Part shown: positions 68,776 through 86,662 of the stretch, piece by piece
Layout: each line of letters begins with the position of its first letter
Numbering within the stretch: position 1 is the stretch's first letter
Source: Octopus vulgaris
Lineage: Eukaryota
Length of the DNA: 124,000 nucleotides
Direction of reading: 5' to 3'
Assembly (NCBI GenBank): GCA_951406725.2
Contig: OX597821.1
Span: forward strand, 102,196,001 to 102,320,000
Translations under genes and position numbers: made by a program
The notes under the pieces: model-generated
What the model was told of the DNA's origin: nothing
The model's input: the letters and a program-made list of their open reading frames with translations, nothing else
Database searches by the model: none

Positions 68776-70253
68776 TCCCATAACTTAATGGTTTGGCAAA
68801 AGAGACCAATATAATAAGTACTAGGCTTACAAAGAAGAAGTCTCGGGGTTGATTTGTTCACCTAAAGGTGGTGCTCCAGCATGGCTGCAGTCAAACGACT
68901 GAAACAAAAAAAAAAAAAAGTGAATAGATACTCTTTCTTTTTTCTCTTTTTATTTGTTTCAGTCATTTGACTGTGGCCATGCTAGAGCACTGCCTTTAGT
69001 AGAGCAAATCGATCCCAGGACTTATTCTTTGTAAGCCTAATACTTATTCTATCGGTGTCTTTTGCCAAACCGCTAAGTTACAGGGACGTAAACATACTAA
69101 CATCGGTTGTCAAACGATGTCGGGGGGACAAACACAGACACACAAACATATACACACATGTATATATATATATACATATATACGACGGGCTTCCTTCAGT
69201 TTCCATCTACCAAATCCACTCACAAGGCCTTGGTCGGCCTGAGGCTATAGTAGAAGACACTTGCCCAAGGTGCCACGCAGTGGGACTGAACCTGGAACCA
69301 TGTGGTTGGTAAGCAAGCTACTTACCACACAGCCACGAAAATGATTGATAAGTATCTGGACGTAGCAAAACAAGTCAGAAAGAAAGTTAAGCGTAATTTA
69401 TCACTTGTGTTACTGGAACACAGAAAACAGCAGGGAAACAGAAAATGTTGAAAAGAATGAGAAACATTGGAACTGAGATGTAGGAAGTGACGGAAGGTGG
69501 GGGTGGGGCAGAAAATGTTTTGTTCTAATTTCTAACAGGATCCTTTGCAACGTCAATGACAGTTGTGAAGATCTGTCAATAAATCTTAAGATATTATTGA
69601 TTGGTTCACACGATGGATGTGAATATTTATAGCTCAACACCAGCAACTGCAACTTCTATGACTCAGTGGTTAGAGCACTGGGCTCACAATCATGATATAG
69701 TGAGTTTGATTCTTGGATGGGGCTGTGTGTTGCTCCAGTTCATTCACCAGCTGTAGAAATGAGTCGTGATGTCATCGGTGCTAAGCTGTATCAATTTTTG
69801 TGCCTATTCCTTGGATAACATCGATGACATGTGAGGGGAGACTGACATGCATGGGTGACTGCTAGTCTTCCATAAATAATTTTACTTGGACATGTGCCCC
69901 AGAGGGGAACATTCTAGGTGCAATCCCATGGTCATTCAGACTGAAGGGGATCCTTATATAGATATACACACACATATATTATCTGGTACTTATTCTGTCA
70001 GCCTCTTTTACTGTACTGTAAAGTTATGGGGATGTAAACAAACCATCACCAGTTGTCAAGCAGAGAGAAAGACAACTACAAACACATACAATTATTTCTA
70101 TCTGCCCCTTTACATATATATATATATATGTGTGTGTGTGTGTTAGAAGAAATAAGGTACTCAGAAATGTGGATGGTTTTATAGTTACAGATTTTTATAA
70201 ATCATATATTAGCACTTGCATCTACTCTAGTGGATTCTTCAGATTCATATATA

Positions 70254-71265
70254 TATTAGGTCGTCAGGTATGAAATTTGTCGTAAGGTATATGGTAAACT
70301 TTGACAGGTGCTCATTTTGCACCATTATTATATTTTGACAATTTTTATTTTTTGTTAGAAAGCTGACACATCTATTTCTTTATTCTAACTCATTTTGTGT
70401 TTTATAAAGTATTTATACATCGTTTTTTGCTATTTTTGTTTAGAGATGGATAAGTTGGAAATTCATACAGTTTTGAAATATGAGTTCTTTCTTGGAAATA
70501 CAGCATCACAGACAACTCGGAATGTTAATGGAGTATTTCATTCTAATGTTATTACACACCAGACAGTACCAAATTGGTTTGCAAAATTTTGTTCTGGTAA
70601 CTTTGACCTCACACATGAGCAATGCGGTCAACCAGAAACAAAGGTGGATAATGACAAACTGAAAGACACCATTGAGTCAGACCCATTTTAAAGTTCCCAT
70701 GAATTATAGTTGTTGTTTGGTGTTAGCAACAAAACAATATTGACTCACCTAGTTGAAATCAGTAAAAGGAAAATGTTGGATAAGTGGGTTCCACATGAAC
70801 TCAATGGAATTCAGAAACAGCAATGTTTGGAAGCTTGCATTATGCTAATTTCTTGTCACAAAAATGAAATATTTTTTAATTGAATTGTGACATGTGATGA
70901 GAAATGGATCCAATACAACAACCGTAAATGTTCAGCACAATGGTTGGACTAAGATGAGCCACCAAAACACAGTCCAAAAAGCAAAATTCATCAAAAGAAG
71001 CTGATGGTGTGTGTTTGGTGGTCTGGCACAGGTGTGATCCATTACAGTAATCCTGGCTCATCAATAACGGCCAAAGTATATTGCAGCCAACTGCACCAAA
71101 TGATGCAGAATCTTACAAAATAACAGCCTAGATTAGTCAACAGATCTTATCCTATTTTATTGCAAGTCAACACCAGGTCACACATCGCAAAAATGACATT
71201 GGCGATACTACAGGAGTTGCTGTTAGAAGTTCTCCATCATCCACCATACTCACCTGGTGTGTAGA
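70254..71265 (+). mobile_element. Mariner transposase pseudogene
   Basis: MDKLEIHTVLKYEF...WFAKFCSGNFDL; IVTCDEKWI; KKLMVCVWWS; HPPYSP; TIR-like TATTAGGTC start; internal stops. Confidence 0.88.
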
Positions 71266-71309
71266 ATGTGTGAGAAGTTTTCTTGTTAAGTGTGGGTGGG
71301 ACACACAGT

Positions 71310-72090
71310 GCTTCTAGAACTCAATTTTGCTGATGTGGGCAGGTCTTCTCTAGAACTTTATATCGACAGACATCTTGGCCCATTGTCATTTTCTCCATGA
71401 GGCACGACATCCTGAGATCGATCCTTACCACTTCATCCCACGTCTTCCTGGATCTCCCTCTTCCACGGGCACCATCCACTTTCAGTGACTGGCAATTATT
71501 TAAGCAGCTGTCCTCATTCATATCCATCACATGTCCAATAGTCTTCTCTCTTGCATGCTACATTTGATTCCTCTTATGTCCAACTTTTCTTTCAATATAT
71601 TTGTACTTTGCCGTACCTGTGTACTGATGTTGCATATTCAATGGACCATACTACCTTCATTGCTCTTCAGTTTATGCATGTCTCCAGCATTCAGAGCCTA
71701 TGTCTCACTACCATGGAGTATAGCTGTGCGCACACAGGCATCATATAGTCTACCTGAGAGAGAGTCCTTTTATTGCCAACAGAGGTAATATCTCCACCCA
71801 ATTCTTATTCTACAAACAATACTTTCAGAACATCCTCCACCATTGGTAATTTGCTCACCTATGTAACAGAAACAATCTACAACATCAAGAGAACCTCCTG
71901 AGAATCTAAGTCCTGTATGATCATAGTTCTTATTGTTCTTGTACATCTGCAACATACAAAGATGACTTTATCTGTTAATCTACCTGTGATTCCACTGCAC
72001 CTCTTATGTGTCCATAGTTTATACTGGGTGCAATGAATGGAATTTCTTCCAACTCCTTTCCTACATATTGAGCAGGGCCATTTACCTGAC
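71310..72090 (-). mobile_element. RTE-clade LINE 3' remnant
   Basis: DVVDCFCYIGEQI, RIRIGW, RGRGRSRKTWDEVV. Confidence 0.85.
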
Positions 72091-73689
72091 AGAGAGTTTT
72101 ATCTTCTTTCTTACTAGAAATTAACGAAGTGAAATAGCGAGTCTGTGTAACATTTATCTAGGATTAAGTGACAATGAAATAAGTACAACAAAACATATTA
72201 CAGGTATCATAAAGCCATTAATATAATTGAAGACACAACTAAACTCTGAGAGTACATTGTTAGTTTAGTAATCTATATACATTTGTGATATGATTGATAA
72301 ACTGTTGTTTAAGGTAACAAAGTTGGAGGTAGATGATTTAATAAGAGTTGACAGAAAGGCAAAGAAAATTAATTATACCAATTAGGATGCTTCATGAAGA
72401 AAATAAAGAAAAACAAAAAATACATTACTGACATGCTTTGTCGCTTACTAAATTGTTTTATTGTTTTATCGTTGTGTATTATTTATTATGGTTTAAAGAA
72501 TGTAATATTCTAATAAGTGAATACATGTATCGTAGTTAAGTTAGCTAACATATTTAATGCAGGGTGAATAAAAAAGAGCTAACTAGAAATAATTAATTAG
72601 AGTTGTACAAAACAATGTTGAGTAAGATACATGTGTATACAATCATATTTATCATATTCATGTATACTTGGACATGGAAAGACTTTTTGCTGCAGAAATA
72701 GTCTCAGGAAGAAATTTTCTTGTCATCACACCATCACAATTGTCATCGTCATTTAATGTCCACTTTCCATGCTGGCATGGTTTAGACAGTTTGACAGGAT
72801 CGAGCCAGCCAGAAGGTTTCACCAGGCTCTAATCATCCGTTTTGGCATGGTTTCTACAGCTGTATGTTCTTCCTAATGCCAACAACTTATAGAGTGCACT
72901 TGATGCCTTTTATGTGGCACAAGCACAGGTCCGTTTTTTGTAGCCCCATCATGAGGCATTTTTTTTTCATGATGACTGGCATCCGTGCTAGTGGAGCGCT
73001 AAGAGCACCATCCGAGCATGATCGTTGCCAGAGTAGCAACTCCTGCATTTGACATAAGTTGAAAACTATACATATATTTTATCTAAGAAGAAAACAATCC
73101 CATTTACCAAAAAAAAAAAAAACATAAGAATTATTGAGGCACAAAATGAGATTCATGAATAGTTTTTTAAGGATCACTAAATCTGCTTTGCCACATCTGC
73201 CCATGAAGATATGATGTAAATAAAACATCACTAGTCCCACATTGTTACTGGAGTTTCTTCTTGGTGAACATCCACACAAGAAGGAGTCTGTTAATGTGGC
73301 ATAATGAGGGTGTTCTCTTGATAGAATTAAGGGATTTCACCAGATTTCTTGATGAAATTATGGGACAGCACTGTTCTCACTTCTGCTCAATTAACTTTCA
73401 CTTTTTTTTAAATCCTTAAACAGCGTGTTTGAATTAATGTGCAAGAAATTGGTTATGCTTCTACAACGCACAAAAATATTTTAGTAATTTTTTTTTATAC
73501 ACTTCATAATGATATTTAATTATAAAAATATAATAGGGTGTTTTTTTAAACATTGAATGGGTATGAAGGTCCAATAGAGTAGAGTAGGAATCAAAAGGGT
73601 CCATAGGTAAAAAAAAAAATGGTTGAGACATACTACCTTAACTCAAAATGTATGGGCTTGTGCCAAAGTTTAGAATTCCTTTACTTTAA

Positions 73690-75324
<1,635 letters not shown>

Positions 75325-75329
<5 letters not shown>

Positions 75330-75800
75330 TTTGACCGACCAGTCCATCAGGCGTCCATTTGACACCGCTGGTCACAGCACGCTGTCCACTCCTCTCTGGA
75401 TCGCGCCTTTCTCATCCACGTGATCCCAATCATCCTCCTGAAATCATAACTCCACCGTCATGGAGGCCTTTCGGGTAGTCATTTCCACTCGTGCGGGTAC
75501 CACTCGACAACTGCACGGGTCCACCGATTATTGGTGAGCCGGGCGACGTGTCCAGCCCATCTAAACTTGCTGCGTGTATATATATATGGCATAGTTCATC
75601 AATGACTTTTCTCCACTGCCGTCAACTCCGGGCTGTCTTTTTTGCTTCTCTCGAGTTGGATTCCTGCTTTTTCACCCCTGCCTCAGTATCCTGCCTCCAG
75701 TTATTTTTTGGCACCCTCTATTCTGCCTCCCTTGGGCGTTCATGTTTCCTTGTGGGGAGCCCTTCCTCTCACATGCCTTGAATTTTCATAGTTTTGAATT
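75325..75800 (-). mobile_element. RTE-like LINE 3' end, young and CpG-intact
   Basis: Minus-strand GRP..RW-like C-terminal block followed by a 3' UTR shared with SINE tails. Confidence 0.55.
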
Positions 75801-76509
75801 GTCATTGATGTTTCTGTAACTTTGCAATTTTCAAGGTGGTAGTTTTTGTCCAACACAAACTCGTTTTAAACGTCTGGGAAGAGTAGGTCCTGATTAGTCT
75901 GCCCTCTACCTTTTGACCTGCCAAACATGTGAGACTGACATAGTTCTTGTAGTCATCGAGGCACACAAGCCACCATGCTGCAATGATTCCTGATGGTTAA
76001 AACTTCTTAGGGTCACACACAGTAGATATTTCATTGCAGCAATCAAATTACCACACATTGTGACAATGAAGCACAGCAATTTCCATAGTTTCAGACAAGT
76101 GGAAGGTGTAGTAGCGATGGGTGTAGATGTAATTCTTCAGTCTTCTGTATGGTTACCTTCTCTGTCAAAGAACCGCATGGTGAAAATCATAGTCTCCATT
76201 GACCATTAATGGATGGACTCAACACCTTCTCCTTCTGCTTTTTTAAAAAATTTCATTCTCTCTTTTTTTAACTAATTTATTTGTTATTTTATTTTAAATT
76301 TTTTATTCGTATTTAGAACATCTATTTTGGCAACTGCTTGGCTATTATCAAATTTGCCAAAAAACTATGCATGTGTGTGTGAGTGTAGGTATGTACGTAG
76401 GTATGAATGAATGTATCTAGGTAGGTAAGTCTATGTGTAGATATGTATGAATGTATGTATGTATATACATACATATATACATATATGATATATATATATA
76501 TGATATATG

Positions 76510-76571
<62 letters not shown>

Positions 76572-76947
76572 TATATATGTGTAAGGCAGTTTTTCCCCAA
76601 GTAGGAGTGTTCAGATTAAATATGTACAAAAAGTAATGTAAAGTTTACTGTGCAAGAATTTATAACCTGTCAATAAATAAAGAGTCCTTCACAGAGATTT
76701 CGGAAATAGCTCCACTACTTAAGAGATTTAAGATAAGAAAACATAAAAATTCTTTTTCAATCAGGAGATTATCTCTACAAACAATATCCGTAGTTTCTAT
76801 TCATTTGACCAAATATTTTGTTGGTTTAGAATTATAAACAAAAACACTCTACATGTAAGAGATTATAAGTAAATGTTCTCTCTTGAATGGCAATACATAT
76901 TTGTATGTGTATACATATCTATGTATATATATATATGTATATATACA

Positions 76948-77026
<79 letters not shown>

Positions 77027-78484
77027 ACGTGTGTACACATATGTGCAGGACTGGCTCCTGTGCAGGTGGCATGTAAAAAACAGCATTTGAGTGTGGCCAT
77101 TGCCAGTACTGCCTGACTGGCCCTTGTACCAGTTGCACGTAAAAGTACCCACTACGCTGTTGGAGTGGTTGGTATTAGGAAGGGCAACCAGCTGTAGGAA
77201 CTTTGCCAGATCAGATTGGAGCCTGGTGTAGCCATCTGGTTTGTCAGTCCTCAGTCAAATCGTCCAACCCATGCTGGCATGGAAAGCGGACATTAAACGT
77301 TGATGATGATGATAATATGTACATACATACATACATATACACACACACACACACACACACATACACACATATATATATCATCATCATCATCATCATCATC
77401 GTTTAACGTCCGTTCTCCATGCTAGCATGGGTTGGACTGTTCGACCGGGGACCTGGGAAACCAGAAGGCTGCACCAAGCTCCAGTCTTATCTGGCAATGT
77501 TTCTACAGCTGGATGCCCTTCCTAACGCCAACCACTCATTGAGTGTAGTGGGTGCTTTTTACGTGCCACCTGCACAGGTGCCAGGCGAGGCTGGCAACGG
77601 CTACAGTCGGATTGGTGCATTTTACGTGCCACTGGCACGGAAGCCAGTCAAGGCGGCACAGGCATCGGCCACGATTCGGATGGTGCTTTTTACATGCCAC
77701 CGGCACGGAAGCCAGTCAAGGCGGCGCTGGCATCGGCCACGATTTGGATAGTGATTTTTATGTACCACCAGTCCAGGGGTCCTGGCATCTGCCGGGTGCT
77801 TGTCGTCAGATGAGGTTCGATATCGACTTCGCTTGCCTCAACAGGTCTTTGTGTGTCCAAGGGAGGAAAGGCATGCATATCAATTTCACAAATTAGACAG
77901 AAGCATGACGTGGCCGATGACAGTACCGCCTGATTGGCACGAGTGCCAGTGGAATGTTAAAAGCACATCCGAACGTGGGGTATAAGCAGCCCACTTATGA
78001 GTACTCCTCATTCATTGGACAATGAATTTTGCTTATGAAGACCTATTGAGGCAAGTGAAAACAAATTAAAATTGCTGACATGGCCGATAATTGGTACTCA
78101 TGCCAGTGGAATGTTAAAAGCACATCCGAGCATGATCATTGCCAGGGCCATGGATTTGCTCCCATGCCAGTGACACATGAAAAGTACCATTCGAGCATGA
78201 CCATTGCCAGCATCGCTTTACTGGCACATGTGCTAGTGGCACGTAAAAACACCTTTTGAGTGTGGTCGTTGCTAGAACCACCTGACTGGCCGTTGTGCCG
78301 GTGCCAGATAAAAGCACCCACTACACTCTCAGAGTGATTGGCATTAGGAAGGGCACATCCAGCTGTAGAAACTTTGCCAGATCAGATTGAACCTGGTGTA
78401 GCCTCTGGTTCACCAGTCCTCAGTCAAACAGTCCAACCCATGCCAGTAGGGGAAAGCGGACATAAAATGATGATGAAGATGATG

Positions 78485-78545
<61 letters not shown>

Positions 78546-78999
78546 GATGGGCTTCTTTCACTTTCTTATTTCTTTACTGTACACAAGAGGCTACACACAG
78601 AGGGGACAAACAAGGACAGACAAACGGATTAAGTCAATTATATCGACCCCAGTGCATAACTGGTACTTATTTAATTGACCCCAAAAGGATGAAAGGCAAA
78701 GTCGAGCTCAGCAAAATTTGAACTCAGAATGTAGCGGCAGACAAAATACTGCTAAGCATTTCGCCCGGCGTGCTAACGATTCTGCCAGCTCGCCGGCTTC
78801 TTTCAGTTTCTGTTTATCAAATCCTCCCACAAGACTTTAGTCAGCCAGAGGCTATAGTAGAAGACTATTGCTCAAGGTGTCATGCAGTGAGACTGAACCA
78901 GGAACCATGTGGTTGGGAAGCAAGATTCTTACCACATAGCCACGTCTGTGCCTATTTTTACTGCCAAGCTGGTGTTAGAACACCTACATACATACATAC

Positions 79000-79223
<224 letters not shown>

Positions 79224-79254
79224 TATGTATATATGTTCTATATATATATAACAG

Positions 79255-80668
79255 CCACATATATTTTCATTAGTGGTGACTTCAACTACCCTGAAACTGA
79301 ATGGGAACCTTTTCATTGGTAATAACACTTTGGACCTGCTCTTTACCACCACTCCTAGAACTGTTATCAGTGTTGTGACAAAGGAACCTCTAAGTGACTC
79401 CAATCATGCTATGATCATTGCCATTCTGTCTCTTGTAGGCAGAAACAAGAAGCACCACCACCTTCAAACCACTCGCTTTGACTGGAACTGTCACCGTAAG
79501 GAGTTACGACACCTAAACTGGTTTGAATTTTACAATTCAAACCGGTTATGATCTTATGCACCCAATAAAAGTATTATTGTTAAGCTGGAACTGTTGCTAG
79601 TGTAAAAAGAAATGGAATGGTGAAATTATTTTCTAGTTTTCTGAAAAAGCAATGTTTTGGACTTACGATACTTTTGCATAATAGCAATGATATGTGTGTG
79701 TGTCTGTGTGTGTGTGTGTGTATACATATACATATATGTATGTATGTATGTATGTGTGTATGTATGTAGGTATATGTGTTTGTATATATATGTTTTCTTT
79801 CTGTTTCTTTTCTTTTATTTGTTTCAGTCATTTGACTGTAGCCATGCTGGAGCACTGCCTTTAGTTGAGCAAATCGACCCCAGGACTTATTCTTTGTAAG
79901 CCTAGTACTTGTTCTATCGGTCTCTCTTGCTGAACCACTAAGTGATGGGGATGTAAACACACCAGCATCGGTTGTCAAGCGATGTTAGGAGGACAAACAC
80001 AGACACACAAACATATACATACACACACACACACACATATGATGAGCTTCTTTCAGTTTCCGTCCACCAAATCCACTCACAAGGCTTTGGTCAGCCCGAG
80101 GCTATAGTAGAAGACACTTGCCCAAGGTGCCTCGCAATGGGACTGAAGCCAGAACCATGTGGTTGGTAAGCAAGCTACTTACCACACAGCCATTCCTGCA
80201 CCTATGATCTTTTCTCCACCTCATCTAAATGTATATATACATATATTATCTATCTACCTACCTATTTATCTTTAAAATTATCAACCATCGTACCAACAAT
80301 AACTCTGAGCACCTTTTTAAACTCCACCCATCTAACACCCGTGGACATATTTACAAAGTCAGGAAACAGCACAGCTCCCATGACTTCAGGAAACATTTTT
80401 TCACGCTGAGAGTTGCTGAAGCATGGAACAAACTGCCGGTATTAGTTGTTAGTTGTCGGAGCACTGCATCCTTCAAAATTTCCATGCTTTCTGAGATTCG
80501 CCAACATACACTTGATTTTCTCCCCTCCATACACACGCATGCATGTATCTGACTCATGCATTGTTCGCTTTCCAGACATTTGTACGTTACTGCATATATT
80601 CTGACCAGTTGTGGTGCACCTGAGCACTGTATACAATAATTTCATTATTTATTATTTATATTTAGCTA

Positions 80669-80670
<2 letters not shown>
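79255..80670 (+). mobile_element. CR1-clade LINE fragments (endonuclease end and 3' end), split by a SINE
   Basis: NTLDLLFT...LSDSNH (79273-79551); NTRGHIYK...RKHFFTLRVAEAWNKLP (80229-80552). Confidence 0.8.
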
Positions 80671-80699
<29 letters not shown>

Positions 80700-80712
80700 T
80701 TCTATCTATCTG

Positions 80713-80759
<47 letters not shown>

Positions 80760-81135
80760 GTCTATCTGTCTGTCTGTCTGTCTATTTGTATGTATGTATG
80801 TATGTATGTATGTATGTATGTATGTATGTATGTATGCATGCATGTATGTATATCTTCAGTAAATCATAAATCCGAAAGAGAAGCACACTCTAAATTAACG
80901 AGTAGTAGAGCATTTAGATAAACATAGTTATGGCCAGTCTATGAGGTTACCAAGGGTTTTGCATCCATAAACACTCAGCTTTACAGCATCTTGCCAGACC
81001 TTAATGGTGAGTGGCCTATAACCTAGGCCACCGCCCATCAGTGTCTGACGAGACGCTGCAAATCTAAGTACTTTATGGACACGAAACCCATAGGCCAGCC
81101 ATAACTATCTTTATCTAAATATGTATATAGTATAT

Positions 81136-81193
<58 letters not shown>

Positions 81194-82194
81194 ATGTATA
81201 TATATATATGTATGTATGTATATATACAACTACCAAAGTGCTGTTTTCAAGGTAGCTTATTAACACTAGCATATGTGTGTGTGTGTGTGAAGAAGTGAGT
81301 GTATAAGTGTGTAAATGTGCGTGTTAGTATATATCGAGTCAGAGAGTCAGATAATGGAAGCTAAGTGCGGTTGCTAGAAAGCTGGTTTACTTAAGGATTG
81401 TACAAATAAACGTTGACTGATAAATTGTCTCCTATCTCTTTATTTAAGATAACTGTAACAGTAAAAATGATGTAAGTCATGTCTCAGCAGTAACACCAGC
81501 ATCAGCAGCAGTAGTAGTAGTAGTAATGGTACTGAATAGTGGTTGTGGTGGTGGTGGTGGTGGTTGTGGTTGTGGTGGTGGTTGTGGTATAGTGATGGTG
81601 GTGGTGGTGGTGGTGGTGGTGGTGGTGGTAGTGGTTGTGCTGGTAGCAATAGTAGCTGTAGAAGTAGTTGTAGTAGTAGAAGTAGTAGTGGTGATAGTGT
81701 GGTGGTTGTAGTAGCAGCAACAACAGTGGGTTTTTTTTTCCTCTCTCTTTCACAGTTTAGCCAGGGAAGGAAGGGCAGCAGTTATGACTATTTTTTCAAA
81801 GCATCTGAATTTGGGGGGGGGGGGGGGCAGGGGAGAGGAATTGTCCTAAAAACTGGAGGCTTGACTCTACTACTTGCCAGGAAGTGTACTTGTATCAAAG
81901 GACCCCAAAGACCAGGTGGTAGCATTAAACCACATGACGAATTGAGGCTGTAACCCCAAAAACCCGGAACACAAAGAGCTGGAACAAATACCACAAGATA
82001 TCTCATCCAGATATACAATCAGTTGCCCTGAGCTGGTATTCTATTTATTCTAGCAGGTTAAGAGGCCACACATAGGTTTCTTATTGTAATTGTTGGTAGT
82101 GGTATGTTGATGTTTTAGTGAGATAGTGAATTAAACTGTCCATTTAGATGAGGTGTTGAAGCGATCAGATGGTGTAAAGGTTTGACACTAGCAG

Positions 82195-82337
<143 letters not shown>

Positions 82338-82839
82338 GAGAATGATGTGTTGGTAATGGGATGAGTTTGATAACAGTATAAGAAGCAAGGGATGATATTG
82401 GGAAAGCTAAAAAAAACCCCGAATCATTTGATAAATATAGTAGGAACCTGGACAAGTTTTCTTTTGTGATATTCTTGATGAAGAACATCATCACTTAGAA
82501 AATGACATTCAGTAACACATCTTCTACTAAAATCTCTAAAAGTGCTAGATATAAAATGGCTTAAAAGGGTTTGTCTTCAAACTACAAAGCAGACTTATGA
82601 ATGATATTAGAAAAGTATTCATCAGTGATAATAACTGTGTGAAAGAGATTTTCAAACATGAAATATTCACCAATATAGATTCTTTCTCCCTCTCTCTTTC
82701 CTAAATCAAGGAGGACTGTAGAAGGCTTTGGTATAAATGAAGTGAAGGTCATGAAATGAAACCACAAAAGAAAAGATCTGGGCAGGAAGACTGATCCCAA
82801 ACTGAGAGGGAACTCCAAAAATAAAATTGGTTTCAAATT

Positions 82840-83575
82840 TTGGCACAGGGTCTGTATTTTCAGGGGAGAGAGTGAGTCAATTACATTGACCCCAGTGCTC
82901 GACTGGTACTCATTTTATCGACCCTGAAAGGAGGAAAGGCTAAGTCAACCTCAGTGGAATTTGAACTCAGAATGTAAAGCCTGATGAAATGTCACTAAGT
83001 GTTTTGCCCAGCTTGCTAATGATTCTGCCAGCTTGACTCCAAAAATAATATAGGTTTCAAATTTTGGCACAAGGCCAGCAATTTTGGCTGAGAGGAAAAG
83101 TCGATCACATCGACCCCCATGTTCAACTGGCACTTATTTTATCGACCATGAAACAAGGAAAATCAAAGCTGACCTTGATGGGATTTGAACTCAGCTTGTG
83201 AAAAGTCGGGACAAATATTAGAGAGACAAGGCCTGAAATTTGAGGGAGGTGGTCAGTCAATTACATCCATCCCAGTGTTCAACTGGCACTTTATTTTATC
83301 TACCACAAAACAATGAAAATCAAAGTTGACCTTGACGGGACTTGAACTCAGATTGTGAAGGACCGGGACAACAAGGTCTGAAATTTGAGGGAGGTGGTCA
83401 GTCAATTACATCCACCCAAGTGTTCAACTCACACTTATTTTATTAACCCTGAAAGGATGAAAGATAAAGTTGGCCTCGGTGGAATTTGAACTCAGAATGT
83501 AAAGACAGATGAAATACTGCTAAGCATTTTGCCCTGCATGCTAACGAATCTGCCAGCTCACCGCCTTAACTCCAA
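82840..83575 (+). repeat. Tandemly amplified CORE-SINE segments (about 4 units of 125-190 bp)
   Basis: Repeated TGAAATTTGAGGGAGG...CCCAGTGTTCAACTG...GGATTTGAACTCAG. Confidence 0.7.
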
Positions 83576-84393
83576 AATTTATATCGTGACCAATAACTAC
83601 TTAGCAATTCCTGTTGTTCACAGCAGTTTTAGCAACACTTGTTATTCACTAAAACTTGGCAATGTCTGTTATTCATTACAACTTGGTAATACCTGCTGCT
83701 TTGATATGATAAACTGGTCCTTACAAGTCTTGTGCTGTAAACTGATCCTTAAAACATTTGTCCATAAATTTCTCCCCTGTCTCAGAATATGCCATCCTAG
83801 AGCTGACATTAATTGAATATTTTTGCCCTGAAACTAAGATGGGTAGATGTCTATTACAGGAAGTCATTGCATAAAAAAGTAAGCAAAAAGAAAATGAAAA
83901 TAAATAATTCATGCATGTGACTATGACAAGACTGCTGGAATTTAAGAGAATATAGGAAATGAGAGAGGATTTTACATTGTGATAAAGGATTGGGGGAATT
84001 ATAAGAAAAACTTTGATATGAAGAACTAGGATTTTTAAACACATTAAATACAGTAAACAAGGTAATAGAAATACACAAAACCAGAAGGACCAGAAGGACT
84101 TGAGGATTCATTGAGAGGAAAAGCATTTGAATAAAAGTTCTTCAAGGCAGTGCACGACTGTGGCCACAGTCTAATGGCCTGAAACAAATAAGAGATTAAA
84201 GATATATATATATATATATCATCATCATCATCATCATTTAACGTTCGCTTTCTATGGTAGCATGGGTTGGACGATTTCACTGAGGACTGGTGAACCAGAT
84301 AGCTGCCCAAGGCTCCAATCTTGATCTGGCAGAGTTTCTACAGCTAGATGCCCTTCCTAATGCCAACCACTCTGAGAGTGCAGTGGGTGCTTT

Positions 84394-84426
<33 letters not shown>

Positions 84427-84522
84427 TATACCTTACAACTTCACTTTGTTATATATATATATATATATATATATAAACTTACTTGGAAATGGATGCGTAG
84501 CATTCAATTAAATAATAACATA

Positions 84523-84561
<39 letters not shown>

Positions 84562-84984
84562 TATATACATAGATATATATATTATTTATACATATGTATA
84601 TATATATATATATAGTAAAGATCATTTGCCAAGTCCTGATTAGGATGAATGTTATTGTTATTTAACCCCAGGAAACATTGTCGCCAGCTGGCTACCGACA
84701 CACAATCTGCGTCCTTATATTTTCGAAGAAAGGAGCTTAGAGTTCCTGCTCCGCTCAGAATTCAAATTTACAGAAAACAAAAGATAAAGACAGGTAAATG
84801 AACAACAAGCAGGTGTATTATATATTATATATATATATAAAATGATAAAAGGAAAATGGAGAGTTCAAACTGACATATGTTAATTCATTAACATAATATT
84901 AATAATCCTTAGCAAATGTGGGGATAAGCAAGTAAGACACATCAATATATAAACTATATTAAATACATCAAATACAATATATAT

Positions 84985-85380
84985 ATGGCTCCTGTGCTGG
85001 TGGCACATAAAAAGCACCATCCGAACGTGGCCGATGCCAGCGCCACCCCAACTGGCTTCTGTGCCGGTGGCACATAAAAAGCACCATCCAAACGTGGCCG
85101 TTGCCAGCGCCGCCTTAGCTGGCTTCCGTGCCGGTGGCACGTTAAAAGCTCCAACCGATCGTGGCTGATGCTGGACACCCCTGGCACCTGTGCAGGTGGC
85201 ACGTAAAAAGCACCCACTACACTTGCGGAGTGGTTGGCGTTAGGAAGGGCATCCAGCTGTAGAAACTCTGCCAGATCAGACTGGAGCCTGGTGCAGCCCC
85301 TGGCTTCCCAGACCCCAGTCGAACCGTCCAACCCGTGCTAGCGCGGAAAACGGACGTTAAACGATGATGATGTTGATGAT
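84985..85380 (+). mobile_element. RTE-tail-derived SINE-like repeat with internal ~50-bp tandem units and a (GAT)n tail (family 3, representative)
   Basis: AAAGCACCCACTACAC...GGAAGGGCATCCAGCTGTAGAAAC...CGTTAAACGATGATGATG. More than 30 copies, e.g. 33170-33470(-), 61370-61610(+), 77390-77780(-), 112670-112810(-); the same tail follows the RTE at ~24300. Confidence 0.88.
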
Positions 85381-85492
85381 ATGTATGTATACATATAAAA
85401 CGGACCAGCTTACACATGTGAAAATGATAGAAAATTAAAGAGAAAATTTATATATGGAGAATATCTGAATCTCATGTCTGAACTATATGTGC

Positions 85493-85562
<70 letters not shown>

Positions 85563-85950
85563 TATATATATATATATAGGCGTAGGAGTGGCTGTGTGGT
85601 AAGTAGCTTGTTTACCAACCACATGGTTCTGGGCAAGTGTTTTCTACTATAGCCTCGGGCAGACCAAAGCCTTGTGAGTGGATTTGGTAGACGGAAACTG
85701 AAAGAAGCCTGTCGTATATATGTATATATATATGTGTGTGTGTCTGTGTTTGTCCTCCCAACATCGCTTGACAACCGATGCTGGTATGTTCATGTCCCCG
85801 TAACTTAGCGGTTCAGCAAAAGAGACCAATAGAATAAGTACTAGGCTTACAAAGAATAAGTCCTGGGGTCGATTTGCTCGACTAAAGGCGGTGATCCAGG
85901 ATGGCCGCAGTCAAATAACTGAAACAAGTAAAAGAGTAAAGCATAAAGAG

Positions 85951-85999
<49 letters not shown>

Positions 86000-86357
86000 A
86001 CAAGTTTTCTTTTAACAACTTCAGTAGATTGCGACAATAGTCAATTTATTTTGTGCTGACATTAAAAAATTTACTTTTTAAACTATTATCCACAATTATT
86101 TCAGAATTTACAAAAGACTTCTCTGGTTTGCTGTTTAATAATGACAAATACCTTTGATCTTTTGAATTTGTCCTGTATGAAGTGACGGCTGTCTGGCAAC
86201 AGATGAATTGCTTTCATTTTCTCTTTATTTGCTTATATTCCATTTTTGGTTATGACAAAAAACAAAAAAGTCTTATTTTTGCCAGTTTGGGCTGTAAGTG
86301 TTGTATGATTTCTTCATTTCAGTGCATCAAGACATGCATGTATATGTATATATGTAA

Positions 86358-86408
<51 letters not shown>

Positions 86409-86496
86409 TACATCTACATGTATTGTACATGTATATATATTCATTTACACATACACTCATTCATATATACACACATACACATACATATATACACAC

Positions 86497-86547
<51 letters not shown>

Positions 86548-86583
86548 CATACACATACATACATACACACACTCACACACACA

Positions 86584-86662
<79 letters not shown>
